Shown here piece after piece: positions 63,909 through 64,000 of a stretch of 64,000 nt of DNA (positions are counted from its first letter, which is position 1; every line of letters begins with the position of its first letter). Under the pieces are notes generated by a model. The model saw nothing but the letters and a program-made list of their open reading frames with translations, was not told the origin of the DNA and did no database searches. The position numbers and the translations under genes were made by a program. The DNA is from Halochromatium sp. (GTDB lineage: Bacteria > Pseudomonadota > Gammaproteobacteria > Chromatiales > Chromatiaceae): positions 28 through 64,027 of the forward strand of contig NZ_JBKHDN010000001.1 in NCBI RefSeq assembly GCF_046541315.1, written 5' to 3'.

Positions 63909-64000
63909 ACAACCGCGCCTGCGCCATCCCCCGCCATTCCCCGGGCCGTCAGCCCGTTCGCCTCGCGCCCGCGAGCCGCGAAGGCCTGAGGCGACACTCA

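Overview
High-GC gammaproteobacterial chromosome segment. soxYZ, an Alvin_2107-type sulfur-oxidation gene and the gene order suggest a purple sulfur bacterium (Chromatiaceae); this is inference. Most of the window is core genome: the complete nuoA-N operon, tRNA-Leu/secG/tpiA, smpB, coaD-rsmD, an M16 peptidase pair, ftsYEX-rpoH, a peptide-type ABC transporter with fabI, ppiD-tRNA-Asp/Val-hupB-lon-clpX-clpP-tig, soxYZ, iscR-cysE-trmJ and suhB. No CRISPR array, rRNA, intact transposase or prophage was seen. The less ordinary parts are: (i) bases 1-540, with an AT-richer DUF4336-like gene behind an attC-like half site and a 102-bp MITE with CTAG duplication; (ii) an accessory block at 27-35 kb with a Cys-rich exported protein, an internally duplicated unknown protein ahead of a K+-dependent, probably Na+-pumping pyrophosphatase, a membrane-inserted P-loop NTPase with a small 2-TM neighbour, and an EAL-HDOD protein; (iii) a MoxR-like AAA+ / metallopeptidase-vWA pair between the Alvin_2107-like gene and bepA-soxYZ; (iv) regulatory signals, including an IscR-type box over the rpoH translation start plus tandem sigmaE promoters. 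All family assignments come from motif recognition and memory, not database searches.
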